Positions 1 through 10,356 of a stretch of 64,000 bases of DNA are shown piece after piece; position 1 is the first letter of the stretch; each line of letters begins with the position of its first letter. A program made the position numbers and the translations under genes. The stretch comes from a bacterium (lineage in GTDB: Bacteria > Zhuqueibacterota > Zhuqueibacteria > Residuimicrobiales > Krinioviventaceae). The stretch is taken from NCBI GenBank assembly GCA_963693055.1, contig OY843751.1:960001-1024000 (forward strand). Reading direction: 5' to 3'. The notes under the pieces were generated by a model. That model saw only the letters and a list, made by a program, of their open reading frames with translations, did not search any database and was not told where the DNA came from.

Positions 1-78
1 ATAAGCTCAAAGACGAATTAATCCGCTCCGAATCATTTCTGGTTTTGCAAAATTCATAAAAATCCATTACATTCACCC

Positions 79-1572
79 ATGTCGTCGTTAAAACAAAAAA
101 CATTATCTGGTGTCATGTGGACCGGCATTGCAAAAATGAGCATGCAGCTTGTGTTACTTGTTGTCATGTTTGTACTTGCCAGATTGATCTCCGAAGAGGA
201 TTTCGGGATTGTTGCTATGGCAAGCGTTATAACCGTAGCAATTGGTATGGTGAATGACCGCGGGCTGGGTACAGCTATAATCCAGAAAAAAGTTGTATCT
301 GATAGTTTGTTATCTACAATGTTCTGGGGCAGTGTTTTATTTGGAACATTGCTCTTCTTAATTGGATATATTGCCGCTTATCCGCTTTCTCTTTTTTATA
401 AAGAACCGGTTGTTATACCTATTGTAAGGACCATGTCACTCGGCTTTTTCATTGGCGGTTTGGGTATTGTGCAAAAAGCCCTGCTCACCAAAGAAATGAT
501 GTTTAAAAAACTTGCCATTATTGAAACAGGTGCGGTATTGACCAGCGGAATTCTGGCTATTATAATGGCGTTTTTAAATACAGGTGTATGGAGCCTGGTG
601 GTGCTAACACTGGGTAGAGATATATTTACGGTTTTACTGGTCTGGATATTTTTCAAGTGGCGTCCTGGTTTATATTTTGCTTGGAAAGATTTTAAAAGTG
701 TATTGGGATTCAGCTCAAATGTATTGGCAAATGATGTAGCTTTGTACCTGGTAACCAATACAGATGTTACCATAATTGGCCGTTTTTTGGGTAAAGCCAT
801 GTTGGGTTATTACAGTCTGGCGTTAAATCTGGTTAAACTGCCGGTTACCCGTATATCCGGTATAGTTGCGCGGGTTGTTTTTCCTGCTTTCTCTGAACTG
901 CAGGATGATCTGCCGCGATTCAAAAACAGCTTTTTGCGCTCCGTTACGTTTATCTCACTGATAACATTTCCATTATTGGCGGGGCTAGCGGTGTTTGCAA
1001 AAGAATTTATTCTAGTCGCTTTGGGAGAAAAGTGGCTGCCTATGGTATGGCCGTTGATCATTTTGGTTCCCATGGCCATGTTGAAATCGGTTGGCTCAAT
1101 TAAAGGATCCGTTCTGATGGCTTGTGGGCGTCCGGATATTGAGTTGAAATGGAATTTGTTATATTTCCCACCACTTGTAGCTGTTGTGTGGTTCGGCACC
1201 CAATATGGCCTTACAGGATCGGCCACAGCTTTTACATTATTTTATATACTGACATTTTTTATAATACAACATATTGCCAATAAGCAGATAAATATAAAAA
1301 TGATCGAATTTCTAAAAGCGCTATCAATCAGTTCCTTTTCAACCGCAATTATGGTTATTTTAGGTATACTCTATAAATTGTTTTTGACGCGATTTTTACA
1401 TATTGGTGATATTATTGTACTTGTAACTGGAATAATTATTTCTGTTTTAATATATTACATGGCTATAAGGATTCTGAAAAAGGATCTGATAATAGAATTT
1501 ATGCAAATGTTTAAAAAAGGGACCGGCAAAAAAATGCAGATAGAGCCAGAAGACGTGATGGTGAGTGAATGA
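79..1572 (+). CDS. Wzx/MOP (PST-family) polysaccharide flippase, WzxC-like
   Basis: 497 aa with ~12-14 hydrophobic segments; 'LARLISEEDFGIVAM', 'GLGTAIIQKK' and 'LGYYSLA' motifs typical of PST flippases. Confidence 0.9.
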   Translation: MSSLKQKTLSGVMWTGIAKMSMQLVLLVVMFVLARLISEEDFGIVAMASVITVAIGMVNDRGLGTAIIQKKVVSDSLLSTMFWGSVLFGTLLFLIGYIAAYPLSLFYKEPVVIPIVRTMSLGFFIGGLGIVQKALLTKEMMFKKLAIIETGAVLTSGILAIIMAFLNTGVWSLVVLTLGRDIFTVLLVWIFFKWRPGLYFAWKDFKSVLGFSSNVLANDVALYLVTNTDVTIIGRFLGKAMLGYYSLALNLVKLPVTRISGIVARVVFPAFSELQDDLPRFKNSFLRSVTFISLITFPLLAGLAVFAKEFILVALGEKWLPMVWPLIILVPMAMLKSVGSIKGSVLMACGRPDIELKWNLLYFPPLVAVVWFGTQYGLTGSATAFTLFYILTFFIIQHIANKQINIKMIEFLKALSISSFSTAIMVILGILYKLFLTRFLHIGDIIVLVTGIIISVLIYYMAIRILKKDLIIEFMQMFKKGTGKKMQIEPEDVMVSE

Positions 1573-2690
1573 AAATAGCAATTATGGGAATTCGTGGCAT
1601 TCCGGCAAATTATGGTGGTTTTGAAACCTTTGCCGAAGAACTTGCACCCCGTTTGGTAAAACGCGGACACGATGTTACGGTTTACGGCCGTTCAAATATG
1701 ATTGATTATGACCAGGAATATTACAAAGGTGTACGCATCAAGATCTTGCCGACTATTGGGCACAAATACCTTGATACGGTAATCCATACACTTGTTTGCA
1801 CTTTGTACAGTTTCTTTGTAAAGTATGATATGGTTTTCATCTGTAACAGTGCAAATGCTGCCTTTGCAATACTTCCAAGATTAATGGGTAAACCCGTTGT
1901 ATTGAATGTAGATGGACTGGAATGGAAACGTAAAAAGTGGAACAAGGCTGGGCAGTTGTTTTACAAGGTCTCTGAATTTTTGGCCACTTTTTTACCAACG
2001 GCAATTGTTTCGGATGCGCACGATGTACAGCGTTACTATGAAAAGAAATTTAATAAATCATCTACATTTATTCCTTATGGCGCACCGGATGGACCTGTTG
2101 AAACAAGAAATATTTTAAAAGAGCTGGGTATTGAGCCTCGTGATTATATTCTTTATGTCAGCAGAATGGAGCCTGAGAACAATGCTCACCGGGTGGTTAA
2201 AGCATTTGAGAATTTAAAAACCGACAAGAAACTGGTGATGGTAGGAGATGCTCCTTACAGCAATGAATACATCAAACAGTTGAAAAATACATCAGACAAA
2301 CGGATTATTTTTACCGGGTATGTCTTTGGTCAAGGGTATCGTGAATTGCAGAGTAATGCTTATTTTTATGTACAGGCTACAGAAGTGGGAGGTACACACC
2401 CGGCGTTAGTAGAAGGTATGGGGTATGGCAATTGTGTGCTGGCCAATGATGTGCCTGAGCATCGTGAAGTATTGGGCGAAGCCGGACTTTTTTACAAAAT
2501 GAATGATATTGCTGATATGACACGACAAATGCAGCGGCTATGTGATGATCCTGATAAAGTTGCCCAGTATCGTGATTTGGTTAGCGATTGGGTACATGCG
2601 CGTTTCAGTTGGGACAAGGTAACGAAAGATTATGAAAGTTTGTTTTTTAAAGTAAATAGAAATTACAGGAAAAATAATGGCAGATCCTAA
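1569..2690 (+). CDS. GT4 glycosyltransferase (DUF1972/rhamnosyltransferase-like)
   Basis: 'MKIAIMGIRGIPANYGGFETFAEEL', 'NVDGLEWKRKKW' and 'EVGGTHPALVEGM' GT-B motifs; start overlaps the upstream stop. Confidence 0.88.
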   Translation: MKIAIMGIRGIPANYGGFETFAEELAPRLVKRGHDVTVYGRSNMIDYDQEYYKGVRIKILPTIGHKYLDTVIHTLVCTLYSFFVKYDMVFICNSANAAFAILPRLMGKPVVLNVDGLEWKRKKWNKAGQLFYKVSEFLATFLPTAIVSDAHDVQRYYEKKFNKSSTFIPYGAPDGPVETRNILKELGIEPRDYILYVSRMEPENNAHRVVKAFENLKTDKKLVMVGDAPYSNEYIKQLKNTSDKRIIFTGYVFGQGYRELQSNAYFYVQATEVGGTHPALVEGMGYGNCVLANDVPEHREVLGEAGLFYKMNDIADMTRQMQRLCDDPDKVAQYRDLVSDWVHARFSWDKVTKDYESLFFKVNRNYRKNNGRS

Positions 2691-3441
2691 AAAACGTTTG
2701 TTAATCTTGATTCCTTCGTATAACGAAGAAAAAAATCTACCTCCTGTTTTGCAAAAGCTATTTGGAGAAATGGATGATTTGGCAGGTAATTATTGGGATA
2801 TAGAAGTGCTGGTGATTAACGATGGATCAAAAGATAAAACTGCACAGATTGCAAAAGAAAAGGGTGTTAAAGTAGTATCGTTACCCATCAATCTGGGCTA
2901 TGGTGCGGCATTGCAGACCGGTTTTAAAATTGCCCAGGACCAGGATTATGACGCAGTGATCTGTATGGATGCAGATGGACAGCATCGTCCTGAAGATTTA
3001 AAAGTACTCATGAAAGAGTTTCAGGAAAAGAAATACAAAGTAATTCTGGGTTCACGCTTTGTGACCAACACGGGTTACCAGACAAACATTTTTCGGAAAA
3101 TGGGTATCATGATGTTCAGCTTGGTACTGAAAATGTTGTGTGGTAAAAAAATCGCAGATGTTACAACAGGATTGCAATTGTTAGACAAGCAGGTTGTTCG
3201 TCTTTTGGCAGAAGAATATCCCCATGATTTTCCGGATACTCAGGTGTTGTTAATGTTGTCACTTGTGGGCTTTGATATCAAAGAAGTACCGGTCAAAGTT
3301 GAACAGCGTATTTACGGGACCTCGATGCATTCATCATTAATGTCTCTGTTGTATCCGTTACGGAATTCCCTGGCAATCATATTAACATTGTTACGGATTG
3401 CACAGATCAAACGTAGTGTTATGCAGACGGTAAGTGAATGA
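2677..3441 (+). CDS. GT2 DPM1-like polyprenyl-phosphate glycosyltransferase
   Basis: 'IPSYNEE', 'INDGSKD', 'NLGYGAALQTG', 'MDADGQH' and 'GSRF' motifs. Confidence 0.9.
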   Translation: MADPKKRLLILIPSYNEEKNLPPVLQKLFGEMDDLAGNYWDIEVLVINDGSKDKTAQIAKEKGVKVVSLPINLGYGAALQTGFKIAQDQDYDAVICMDADGQHRPEDLKVLMKEFQEKKYKVILGSRFVTNTGYQTNIFRKMGIMMFSLVLKMLCGKKIADVTTGLQLLDKQVVRLLAEEYPHDFPDTQVLLMLSLVGFDIKEVPVKVEQRIYGTSMHSSLMSLLYPLRNSLAIILTLLRIAQIKRSVMQTVSE

Positions 3442-5093
3442 AATTGCCATCGGTTCAAAAGATTGGTCTGGAACATATAATCCTTGCAGCTATATTATTG
3501 CTGGCGGGTATTCTTCGGTTTTATGCTATATCTTTTGGTACCCCTTTTAAATACCATCCCGACGAAGTCAAGCTTGTTGTACAGGCGGGCCATTTCCTCA
3601 ATACCCGCTTTGTCGATCCAAATGTTTATTTCATGGGCGGCATATATCCTGTTTTGTTTACACTTGTACTAGCTGTCTTGATGGGGATTTACCTTTTTTT
3701 TGCATTACTCACCGGCAGGATTGCAGGATTTAGCCAGGCCGCGCAATATTACCAGGACCATAGTTTTGAATTCTTTCTTGTGGGACGTTATTTTGTAGCG
3801 ATTCTGGGCGTATTATCAGTATTTGTACTTTACCTGATTGTGAAACGATTATTCAATAGCAACCGACTTGCACTGGTGAGTTCGGCATTGCTTGCCGTTA
3901 ATTTTGTGCATGTGCGAAATTCTCATTTTTGTACAGTGGATGTTCCAGCTACATTTCTTGCATTATTGGCCATCTATTTTGCTGTCAAGGTATTACAGCA
4001 ACCCAGTACTTGTAATTATTTTCTATCAGCTTTACTGACTGCTGCAGCAATAGGAGCTAAATACAGTTTGTTTCCAACCGCATTGCCGTTGATGTATGCG
4101 CATATATACCATGCATGGGGAAAACCATTTGATTCTAAAAAGTTGTTTAACCTTAAAGCAGTAACTGCAATTGTAACTGCCATTGCAGGATTTTTTATTT
4201 TTTGTCCCATGTTTATTATTGATTTTCAGCGTACCATGGCGCGGTTGTTTCGGTACCAGGCTTTTGAAAAAATTGGCAAGATTGGCAGCGGTGGCAGTTT
4301 TTTATCCTATTGGACAGGTGACCAGTCTCCGGGATTCGGGATGTTTTATCCCAACTCTATTCCCACAACATTTGGTGTATTTTTAACGATTTTGATTCTT
4401 GTCGGAATCGGCATCCAACTGTATCGACATAAAAAGCAAGATGTCTTTATTTTGATTTTTATTTTACCCATGTATTTTTATTTTGATCATTTGGCATATA
4501 AGGCCATGCGGCACATTTTGCCAATTATTCCTATTCTGCTAGTGAGTGGCGCCGTTGCACTGGTCTGGCTGAGTGAAAAAATGTTTAAAAATCCTGTGCT
4601 CAAATTTTCCGCATTGGCGGGTTTGCTGTTGGGGCTTGTGATTTCGGGAATAGTGAGCTCCATGAATTATCTGGATGAGATTCAAAAGACCGATCCCCGT
4701 ACAGATGCAGTTGCGTGGATACAGCAAAATATACCTACAGGTTCTCGTGTTGCAGTTGAAGCGTTTCCTCCGGATATACCGGGTTTGTATGAAGAAAATG
4801 TGGAAAATGGATACGAAATAACCCGGCTGGAATTACAATCCAAGCAGGAATCACTTGCAGACTCGTTAATTAATCGATTTAAGAAAAAAGAGTTTGATTA
4901 CTATATTGCCGATGGTTTTACGCGTCAATGGCTTTCGTGGAAATATACACGTAAAAAATATGCCAAAGTTGTTAAAGACCGATATCAGCTCTTTCAATGG
5001 CTGGATACGGACGTAACTATAGCCGCGGAATTCAGACCGGATAACGAGCAAATTCAACCATTTATTATTATATATACATTTGTAAATGAATAA
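3438..5093 (+). CDS. GT-C fold (ArnT/PMT, GT39/GT83-like) membrane glycosyltransferase
   Basis: First TM followed by 'HPDE' acidic motif, multiple TMs, 'HVRNSHFCTVD' and a C-terminal periplasmic domain. Confidence 0.85.
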   Translation: MKLPSVQKIGLEHIILAAILLLAGILRFYAISFGTPFKYHPDEVKLVVQAGHFLNTRFVDPNVYFMGGIYPVLFTLVLAVLMGIYLFFALLTGRIAGFSQAAQYYQDHSFEFFLVGRYFVAILGVLSVFVLYLIVKRLFNSNRLALVSSALLAVNFVHVRNSHFCTVDVPATFLALLAIYFAVKVLQQPSTCNYFLSALLTAAAIGAKYSLFPTALPLMYAHIYHAWGKPFDSKKLFNLKAVTAIVTAIAGFFIFCPMFIIDFQRTMARLFRYQAFEKIGKIGSGGSFLSYWTGDQSPGFGMFYPNSIPTTFGVFLTILILVGIGIQLYRHKKQDVFILIFILPMYFYFDHLAYKAMRHILPIIPILLVSGAVALVWLSEKMFKNPVLKFSALAGLLLGLVISGIVSSMNYLDEIQKTDPRTDAVAWIQQNIPTGSRVAVEAFPPDIPGLYEENVENGYEITRLELQSKQESLADSLINRFKKKEFDYYIADGFTRQWLSWKYTRKKYAKVVKDRYQLFQWLDTDVTIAAEFRPDNEQIQPFIIIYTFVNE

Positions 5094-6861
5094 ACTTTTA
5101 TTAAAAATAGCAGCAATTTGGGACATGCCCCCAAAGCGTTTTGTGCTGATTGTGTCTGTTTTTATACTGATTTTAAGAATTGGTTATGTAAGTACCCTTG
5201 AGAATAGCTGGTACTTTTTTGATACTATACATTATGACACTGCCGCACAACACATAGTTAAAGGCGAGGGCTTTGGTCCTGGTCTTCATTATTATAATAT
5301 ATACAAACAGTACAGTCTTGAACCGGTATATCCTTTATTTTTAGCAGGTATATACTCGGTGTTTGGGCATTCATTCCTTGCCGTACGTATTGCTCAATCC
5401 ATACTCGGACTCTTGACACTGTTGTTCCTGTATCTGATTGCAAAAAATCTAATGCCGGAACGTTATGCGCGGGGAGTGCTCTTGTTTGGCGGTGTATATC
5501 CTTTTTTTATTTATATTGCCGGATTATTATACGCAACCCAGATTTTTACTTTTTTTATTGTATTGGGTGTTTGGATCTTTATCGAGTATTTTAAAAATCC
5601 TCGCATGTGGTTAATGTTAGTCGGGGGAATTGTGCTGGGTTTTGCGGTTTTGTCTATACCTGTATATGTTGTAGCATTACCTTTGTTTGTGCTTTGGGTC
5701 TTTTTGTTCAGTAAACAAACTTTTTCAAAACGATTTACTGCAGCATTAGTATTAAGTGCTAGTATTGTATTAATTCTGATACCATGGACGGTCAGAAATT
5801 ATATGGTATTTCATGAGATAAAGTACGCACGTGCATTCATTCCACAGGAAGAGGCGTTTTCGCAAGTTTTCTGGAAAATTGAACGTGAAAAATCGTTTCA
5901 AAAGCAAGAGCTGGATGTTGAAAACTTTTCCTTTTATTATTACGAGCAGGATGACAAGAGTTATCTTGACTGTTTTATAAATAATACGCACTTTTTTACG
6001 CTTAACCCTTACAAGAAATTATCAATACCTGACAGTGGTTATTATAATGGTTTGATATTTTTTGGCAAAAGAAAAATCTATGTTAAAGAAAATAGTTTTA
6101 ACGAAAGAACGATTGTGGGGCAGGATACACTGGAAACAAGTATTTGGGATTCAAAATCTGAAATTGAGCTCGTCACACAATCCGAGACTGTAAAAACTGA
6201 AAATCAGCAAATCGTATATCAAGGATTTGAAAGAGGGTGGGACAAACCAGTTTTTGTGAAAAAGTTAAATATAGCCAATTTTTTTGATGTGCATTATGAG
6301 CAGCCCTTGTCACCCAAATATGTGAACCGGGTGGCATTGCTTGTTTTTATGGATAGTATGGAAGCAGATGGAGATGGATATATGGTATGGCTGCACCCCT
6401 GGTTAGAGCCAGATCTTTGGCATATTAAAGACCAGAAACCAGACAGCAGTGTAGCTGTTTTAAAATCATTTGCAGATGGAAGAAGCATTAACTTGATGTA
6501 TCTTTTAAAGAATTATCCTTATGAATATGTTTTCAAGCATTATATACCGGAATTTATTAATTTTTGGTCTCCCGGAATTGCGAGAATATCTTCAAAGGAC
6601 AGGGTACCTGGTTTAAAAATACAGATCGTTGCTATTGCAAGCTTTACACCGATATTGTTATTAATGCCATTTGGCATATGGGCTGCAAGAAAAAATTGGC
6701 GATTGTTGATCTTGTATTTGATACCCATACTCACGGTATCTGCCGGGTATTCTCTCTTTTTTACTGAAACACGCTATCGCATCCCCATTGATGGATTTGT
6801 GGTTCTTTTTGCATTTGTGGGTGCTAGCTGGTTGGTATCGCGATTAAAAATGCGTGCTTAA
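5086..6861 (+). CDS. GT-C fold membrane glycosyltransferase with a large inserted periplasmic domain
   Basis: 'DTIHYD..A', 'PVYPLFLAGIY', 'PWTVRNY' and 'RYRIP' motifs of PMT_2-like proteins; long soluble insert between the TM bundles. Confidence 0.82.
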   Translation: MNKLLLKIAAIWDMPPKRFVLIVSVFILILRIGYVSTLENSWYFFDTIHYDTAAQHIVKGEGFGPGLHYYNIYKQYSLEPVYPLFLAGIYSVFGHSFLAVRIAQSILGLLTLLFLYLIAKNLMPERYARGVLLFGGVYPFFIYIAGLLYATQIFTFFIVLGVWIFIEYFKNPRMWLMLVGGIVLGFAVLSIPVYVVALPLFVLWVFLFSKQTFSKRFTAALVLSASIVLILIPWTVRNYMVFHEIKYARAFIPQEEAFSQVFWKIEREKSFQKQELDVENFSFYYYEQDDKSYLDCFINNTHFFTLNPYKKLSIPDSGYYNGLIFFGKRKIYVKENSFNERTIVGQDTLETSIWDSKSEIELVTQSETVKTENQQIVYQGFERGWDKPVFVKKLNIANFFDVHYEQPLSPKYVNRVALLVFMDSMEADGDGYMVWLHPWLEPDLWHIKDQKPDSSVAVLKSFADGRSINLMYLLKNYPYEYVFKHYIPEFINFWSPGIARISSKDRVPGLKIQIVAIASFTPILLLMPFGIWAARKNWRLLILYLIPILTVSAGYSLFFTETRYRIPIDGFVVLFAFVGASWLVSRLKMRA

Positions 6862-6957
6862 TCTTACCTGTTTTGACGTAGGTATTTGAGATTATCATAA
6901 ATTATTGTACATTAACAGTTCTGGATTCATGCAAAGCTAATCATACCGGTTTATTAT

Positions 6958-6974
6958 CTGGTATAAATATTGCG
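6958..6974 (+). promoter_or_regulatory. Putative sigma54 (-24/-12) promoter
   Basis: CTGGTATAAATATTGCG has GG-N10-GC spacing and lies in the intergenic gap ~100 bp upstream of 7071. Confidence 0.5.
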
Positions 6975-7070
6975 CTTAAATTAAAGATATGTTGTTCTAG
7001 GTTGTTTTTATTGATTTAAGGCGTTGAAATTGTATTTTAAATTGTTTCAAACAAAGACATTGTATCAATT

Positions 7071-8483
7071 ATGACTTTATTTATTAGACTTTTATATATT
7101 GCTTTGGGATTGTTCCTGTCCATCAATCAGGGAATTACACTGATTGTGGGTAATCTGCGCAATGGTCAGATCATTGGATCTGATGTATTCATGCCGGTAG
7201 ATTTTCCGTTATACCTATTGTTGTTTTTAACACCGAACAAAAGCAAAGGTACAAAATATTGGTTTTTGGGATTCTTTGTTAAATTATTGATCTTTTTGTT
7301 TTATTTACTCAGTTTTACCGGCGAATCCATTGCATATGACAATGGAGAGTTCCGATTCCAGATGGTGCATCTCACAAGAGCCATGCTTATCTTTTTTGTA
7401 ATAGCGTCAAGATTGCATGATCGCGCTATGCTCAAGAGTTTTGTAGTGGGTTTATTGTTGGGCTTGGGATTCCAAAGTGCGGTAGGTTTTTGGCAATGGC
7501 AGGTAGGTCCGGTTTCTTTACCATTCTTTAATATTGATTCCAGCTATCGTGTCAGTGGTTTGATTGGTGTGCCCAATGCATTTGGAGCATATCTGATCAC
7601 ATTGATCCCCCTTGCCATACGTGTTATCTTTTTTACCAATATAAAACCGAAATGGCTCTGGGTTATTATTACCATTTTCTCATTAGGCTCTTTGTATGCA
7701 ACATACACCCGTGGTGCCTGGCTTGCTTTTGTAGGTGCCATGTTCTTGTTTACGCTCAAGGATTTAAACAGTACAAAGATAAAAACACAGCAAAAATTGA
7801 CTTTTGTTGCAATTGCCATTATTTTTATGGCATTCATGGGGGCAAAATATGGCGGAAATATTTCGGCCAGAATGCAGGGCTCTACCGAGTCTTTGGCAGG
7901 AGATGCCAGTCAAAGCCGTTTGAGCCTTGCCAAAGATGCTCTAAGAATTATTAATGACAACAAAGTCTTTGGCGTGGGACTGAACAATTATCGAAATCAT
8001 GCTGACCAGGCAACCCTGGGATTAAGAATAGTACATAACGCATATTTGTTGATAGGAGCTGAACAGGGACTGTTTGCTCTGTTTTTATTTGTACTTGCTC
8101 ACCTGATAGTCTTGATCGGAGGTTTGAAATTGCTTTCCGCAAAAGACAGGCTCATTTATAATGTGGGGTCTGCAACGTTAACGGGATACCTTGCAATTTT
8201 AGTATATCACCTGATTGCGCCTGATTATCGAATGGTGGGTGTTTTGATGAATCATTGGCGTTTACCCGCAATGATTCTTGCGTTACTGGTTATGAGTGAT
8301 ATTACTGATAAACAAATTCTGCGTAAACGTCTGGTATATAATAAAAAGCGGATGAATGGTTCCCGAAAAATTCAAAATTCTATAGGGAATGGCAATGGTA
8401 ATGGTAACCATCAAACCAATATCAATACAGATTCTTCAATTATATATAAAAGTAATATTGAAAATAATGAACAGGGAGTATAA
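7071..8483 (+). CDS. O-antigen ligase / Wzy polymerase-like membrane protein
   Basis: 'RVSGLIGVPNAFGAYL', 'TYTRGAW', 'FGVGLNNY' and 'HNAYLLIGAEQG' motifs of the Wzy_C/WaaL family. Confidence 0.88.
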   Translation: MTLFIRLLYIALGLFLSINQGITLIVGNLRNGQIIGSDVFMPVDFPLYLLLFLTPNKSKGTKYWFLGFFVKLLIFLFYLLSFTGESIAYDNGEFRFQMVHLTRAMLIFFVIASRLHDRAMLKSFVVGLLLGLGFQSAVGFWQWQVGPVSLPFFNIDSSYRVSGLIGVPNAFGAYLITLIPLAIRVIFFTNIKPKWLWVIITIFSLGSLYATYTRGAWLAFVGAMFLFTLKDLNSTKIKTQQKLTFVAIAIIFMAFMGAKYGGNISARMQGSTESLAGDASQSRLSLAKDALRIINDNKVFGVGLNNYRNHADQATLGLRIVHNAYLLIGAEQGLFALFLFVLAHLIVLIGGLKLLSAKDRLIYNVGSATLTGYLAILVYHLIAPDYRMVGVLMNHWRLPAMILALLVMSDITDKQILRKRLVYNKKRMNGSRKIQNSIGNGNGNGNHQTNINTDSSIIYKSNIENNEQGV

Positions 8484-8875
8484 TGCAAATAACTGATGCA
8501 GGTATTTCGTTACAGGGTAAATTAATTATCCTGGCGGCAGGAATTATTTTCATCATTTTTATTTTTTACTTGTTAAAGTCACGCAAGATCAGTGATTCCT
8601 TGGGGCTTGTATGGTTAACAGTATCTATTGGTATGGTTTTGGTGATGAGCAGCAATACTGTTTTGTTATTTGTAACTCATATATTGGGAGCGCAGTATCC
8701 TGCTTCTGCGTTGACAATGATTGGGCTGTTTTTTATCATGTCTTTGTTGCTATATTTTACCCTCAAATTAACCAAACTGAACCAGGATCTGCGTGCATTT
8801 GTTCAACAAATGGCAATGAAAAATATGGAGCTGGAAGACAAGATTTCAAAACTTGAATCCGGTAACAAAGATTAA
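8483..8875 (+). CDS. DUF2304-like small membrane protein
   Basis: 130 aa; three TMs, 'ILGAQYPA' and a C-terminal coiled coil ('LRAFVQQMAM'). This family usually accompanies DPM1-like GT2s. Confidence 0.75.
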   Translation: MQITDAGISLQGKLIILAAGIIFIIFIFYLLKSRKISDSLGLVWLTVSIGMVLVMSSNTVLLFVTHILGAQYPASALTMIGLFFIMSLLLYFTLKLTKLNQDLRAFVQQMAMKNMELEDKISKLESGNKD

Positions 8876-8905
8876 TAATCAGGTTTATTTTACCACCTCA
8901 AAAAT

Positions 8906-10351
8906 ATGGCACAATTACAAAAAAACATCGGCTTTGCCAGTATAGGTCATTTAATCTATACGCTGTTGGCCTTTTTATTGATTCCTTTTGCTACCCGGTA
9001 CCTGGGGGTAATAAATTTTGGTGTTTATTCTCTGGCGACTACGGTCGGTTTCTTTGCCAATTTGTTGACAGATTTGGGCATGTCTATTCTTTTAACACGA
9101 GAGATTTCCAAGCATAGAAAAATTGCCAAAGCATTGTTTGATTCTTTTATGGGAATCAAGTCAGTTCTGGTTCTGATTACAATCGGTTTACTCCTTTTAT
9201 ATCTTCAGGTTGGTAATTTTACTGTTACGGCATTTCATACCATTTTGATATATTCTGTTTCATCAATCATTAGTTCCTATACGCAAAATATTTTTTCTGT
9301 ATTCAGAGGATTTGAGAGAATAGAATATGAATCTCTTGGAATGAGCCTTGACAAATTTTTATCAGTAATTCTGGGTATTCTTTTTCTAATAGCCGGTTTT
9401 GATATTCGTATTTTTATTTCTTCATTTGTAATTGCAAGCCTTGTAAAACTAGTTGTAATTACATTTATTCTACAAAAGCATTTTTTCAAGCCAGGTATCC
9501 AATATTCGTTACCCAGAAATAAAGTACTCATGTTGACTGCTTTACCTTTTGGTCTGTCAAATTTATTGGCATTATGTTATAATTATTTCGATATATTGAT
9601 GCTTTCGGCCATGACCAATTTCAGGGATGTGGGCTGGTACAATGGCAGTTATAAATTCCTGAGTTTAACAACACTGGTACCTATTGTTTTGACAGCAGGG
9701 TTGTTACCCCAATTATCCGTTCATCATAAAAATAGAATAGAGTTGACCGGATTGTTTTTAAAGGGAGTGACCTATTTGTTTATGGTTTCCATACCCATGG
9801 TTCCGGTGATTCTTTTGTCTGCTGAATGGATTGTAAATACTGTTTTAGGTCCTGAATTATATGGATCTATCATTTCGCTCAAGATACTCGTTTTTGCTGC
9901 GTTTGCACAAATGTTGAATTATTTATTTGTTTCCCTGTATGCTGCAGTGAATCAGCAAAAGAAGATTTTATATTTTCAAATTATTGGACTTTTTATTAAC
10001 CTTGTTTTGAACTTTGCACTTATACCTGTAATATCTTATCGTGGTGCGGCATTTGCTACAATAGTAACGGAATGGATTATATTGATTTTTATTGTCGTTT
10101 GGGCATCCATTCATATATTCACTTCCACAGAAGCATGGAAAGTGTTTGTTATCAAGACTGTTCAATTGCTGTTCTCAACAGTCATAATAACGCTGGTTTT
10201 GTGGTTGTCAATAAAAAACCAGATGGCAACATTGTTAGCCCTGTTTGTTAGTGCAGGGGTTTATGTTCTTTGTTTACAGTTGTTTAAGGTTGTTGATCTT
10301 GTGGCGTTATCGCAATCCGTTTTGACAAGAATTAATCATGGAGAGAATTAG
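8906..10351 (+). CDS. Second Wzx-type flippase
   Basis: 'TRYLGVINFGVYSLA', 'TDLGMSILLTREIS', 'VGWYNGSYK' and 'GAAFAT' motifs; ~14 TMs. Confidence 0.88.
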   Translation: MAQLQKNIGFASIGHLIYTLLAFLLIPFATRYLGVINFGVYSLATTVGFFANLLTDLGMSILLTREISKHRKIAKALFDSFMGIKSVLVLITIGLLLLYLQVGNFTVTAFHTILIYSVSSIISSYTQNIFSVFRGFERIEYESLGMSLDKFLSVILGILFLIAGFDIRIFISSFVIASLVKLVVITFILQKHFFKPGIQYSLPRNKVLMLTALPFGLSNLLALCYNYFDILMLSAMTNFRDVGWYNGSYKFLSLTTLVPIVLTAGLLPQLSVHHKNRIELTGLFLKGVTYLFMVSIPMVPVILLSAEWIVNTVLGPELYGSIISLKILVFAAFAQMLNYLFVSLYAAVNQQKKILYFQIIGLFINLVLNFALIPVISYRGAAFATIVTEWIILIFIVVWASIHIFTSTEAWKVFVIKTVQLLFSTVIITLVLWLSIKNQMATLLALFVSAGVYVLCLQLFKVVDLVALSQSVLTRINHGEN

Positions 10352-10356
10352 ATATA

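Noticed and set aside
8383-8410. GNGNGNGN-coding microrepeat in the ligase C-terminal tail
   Set aside because: Short, in frame and with degenerate codons; a low-complexity tail rather than a phase-variable tract.
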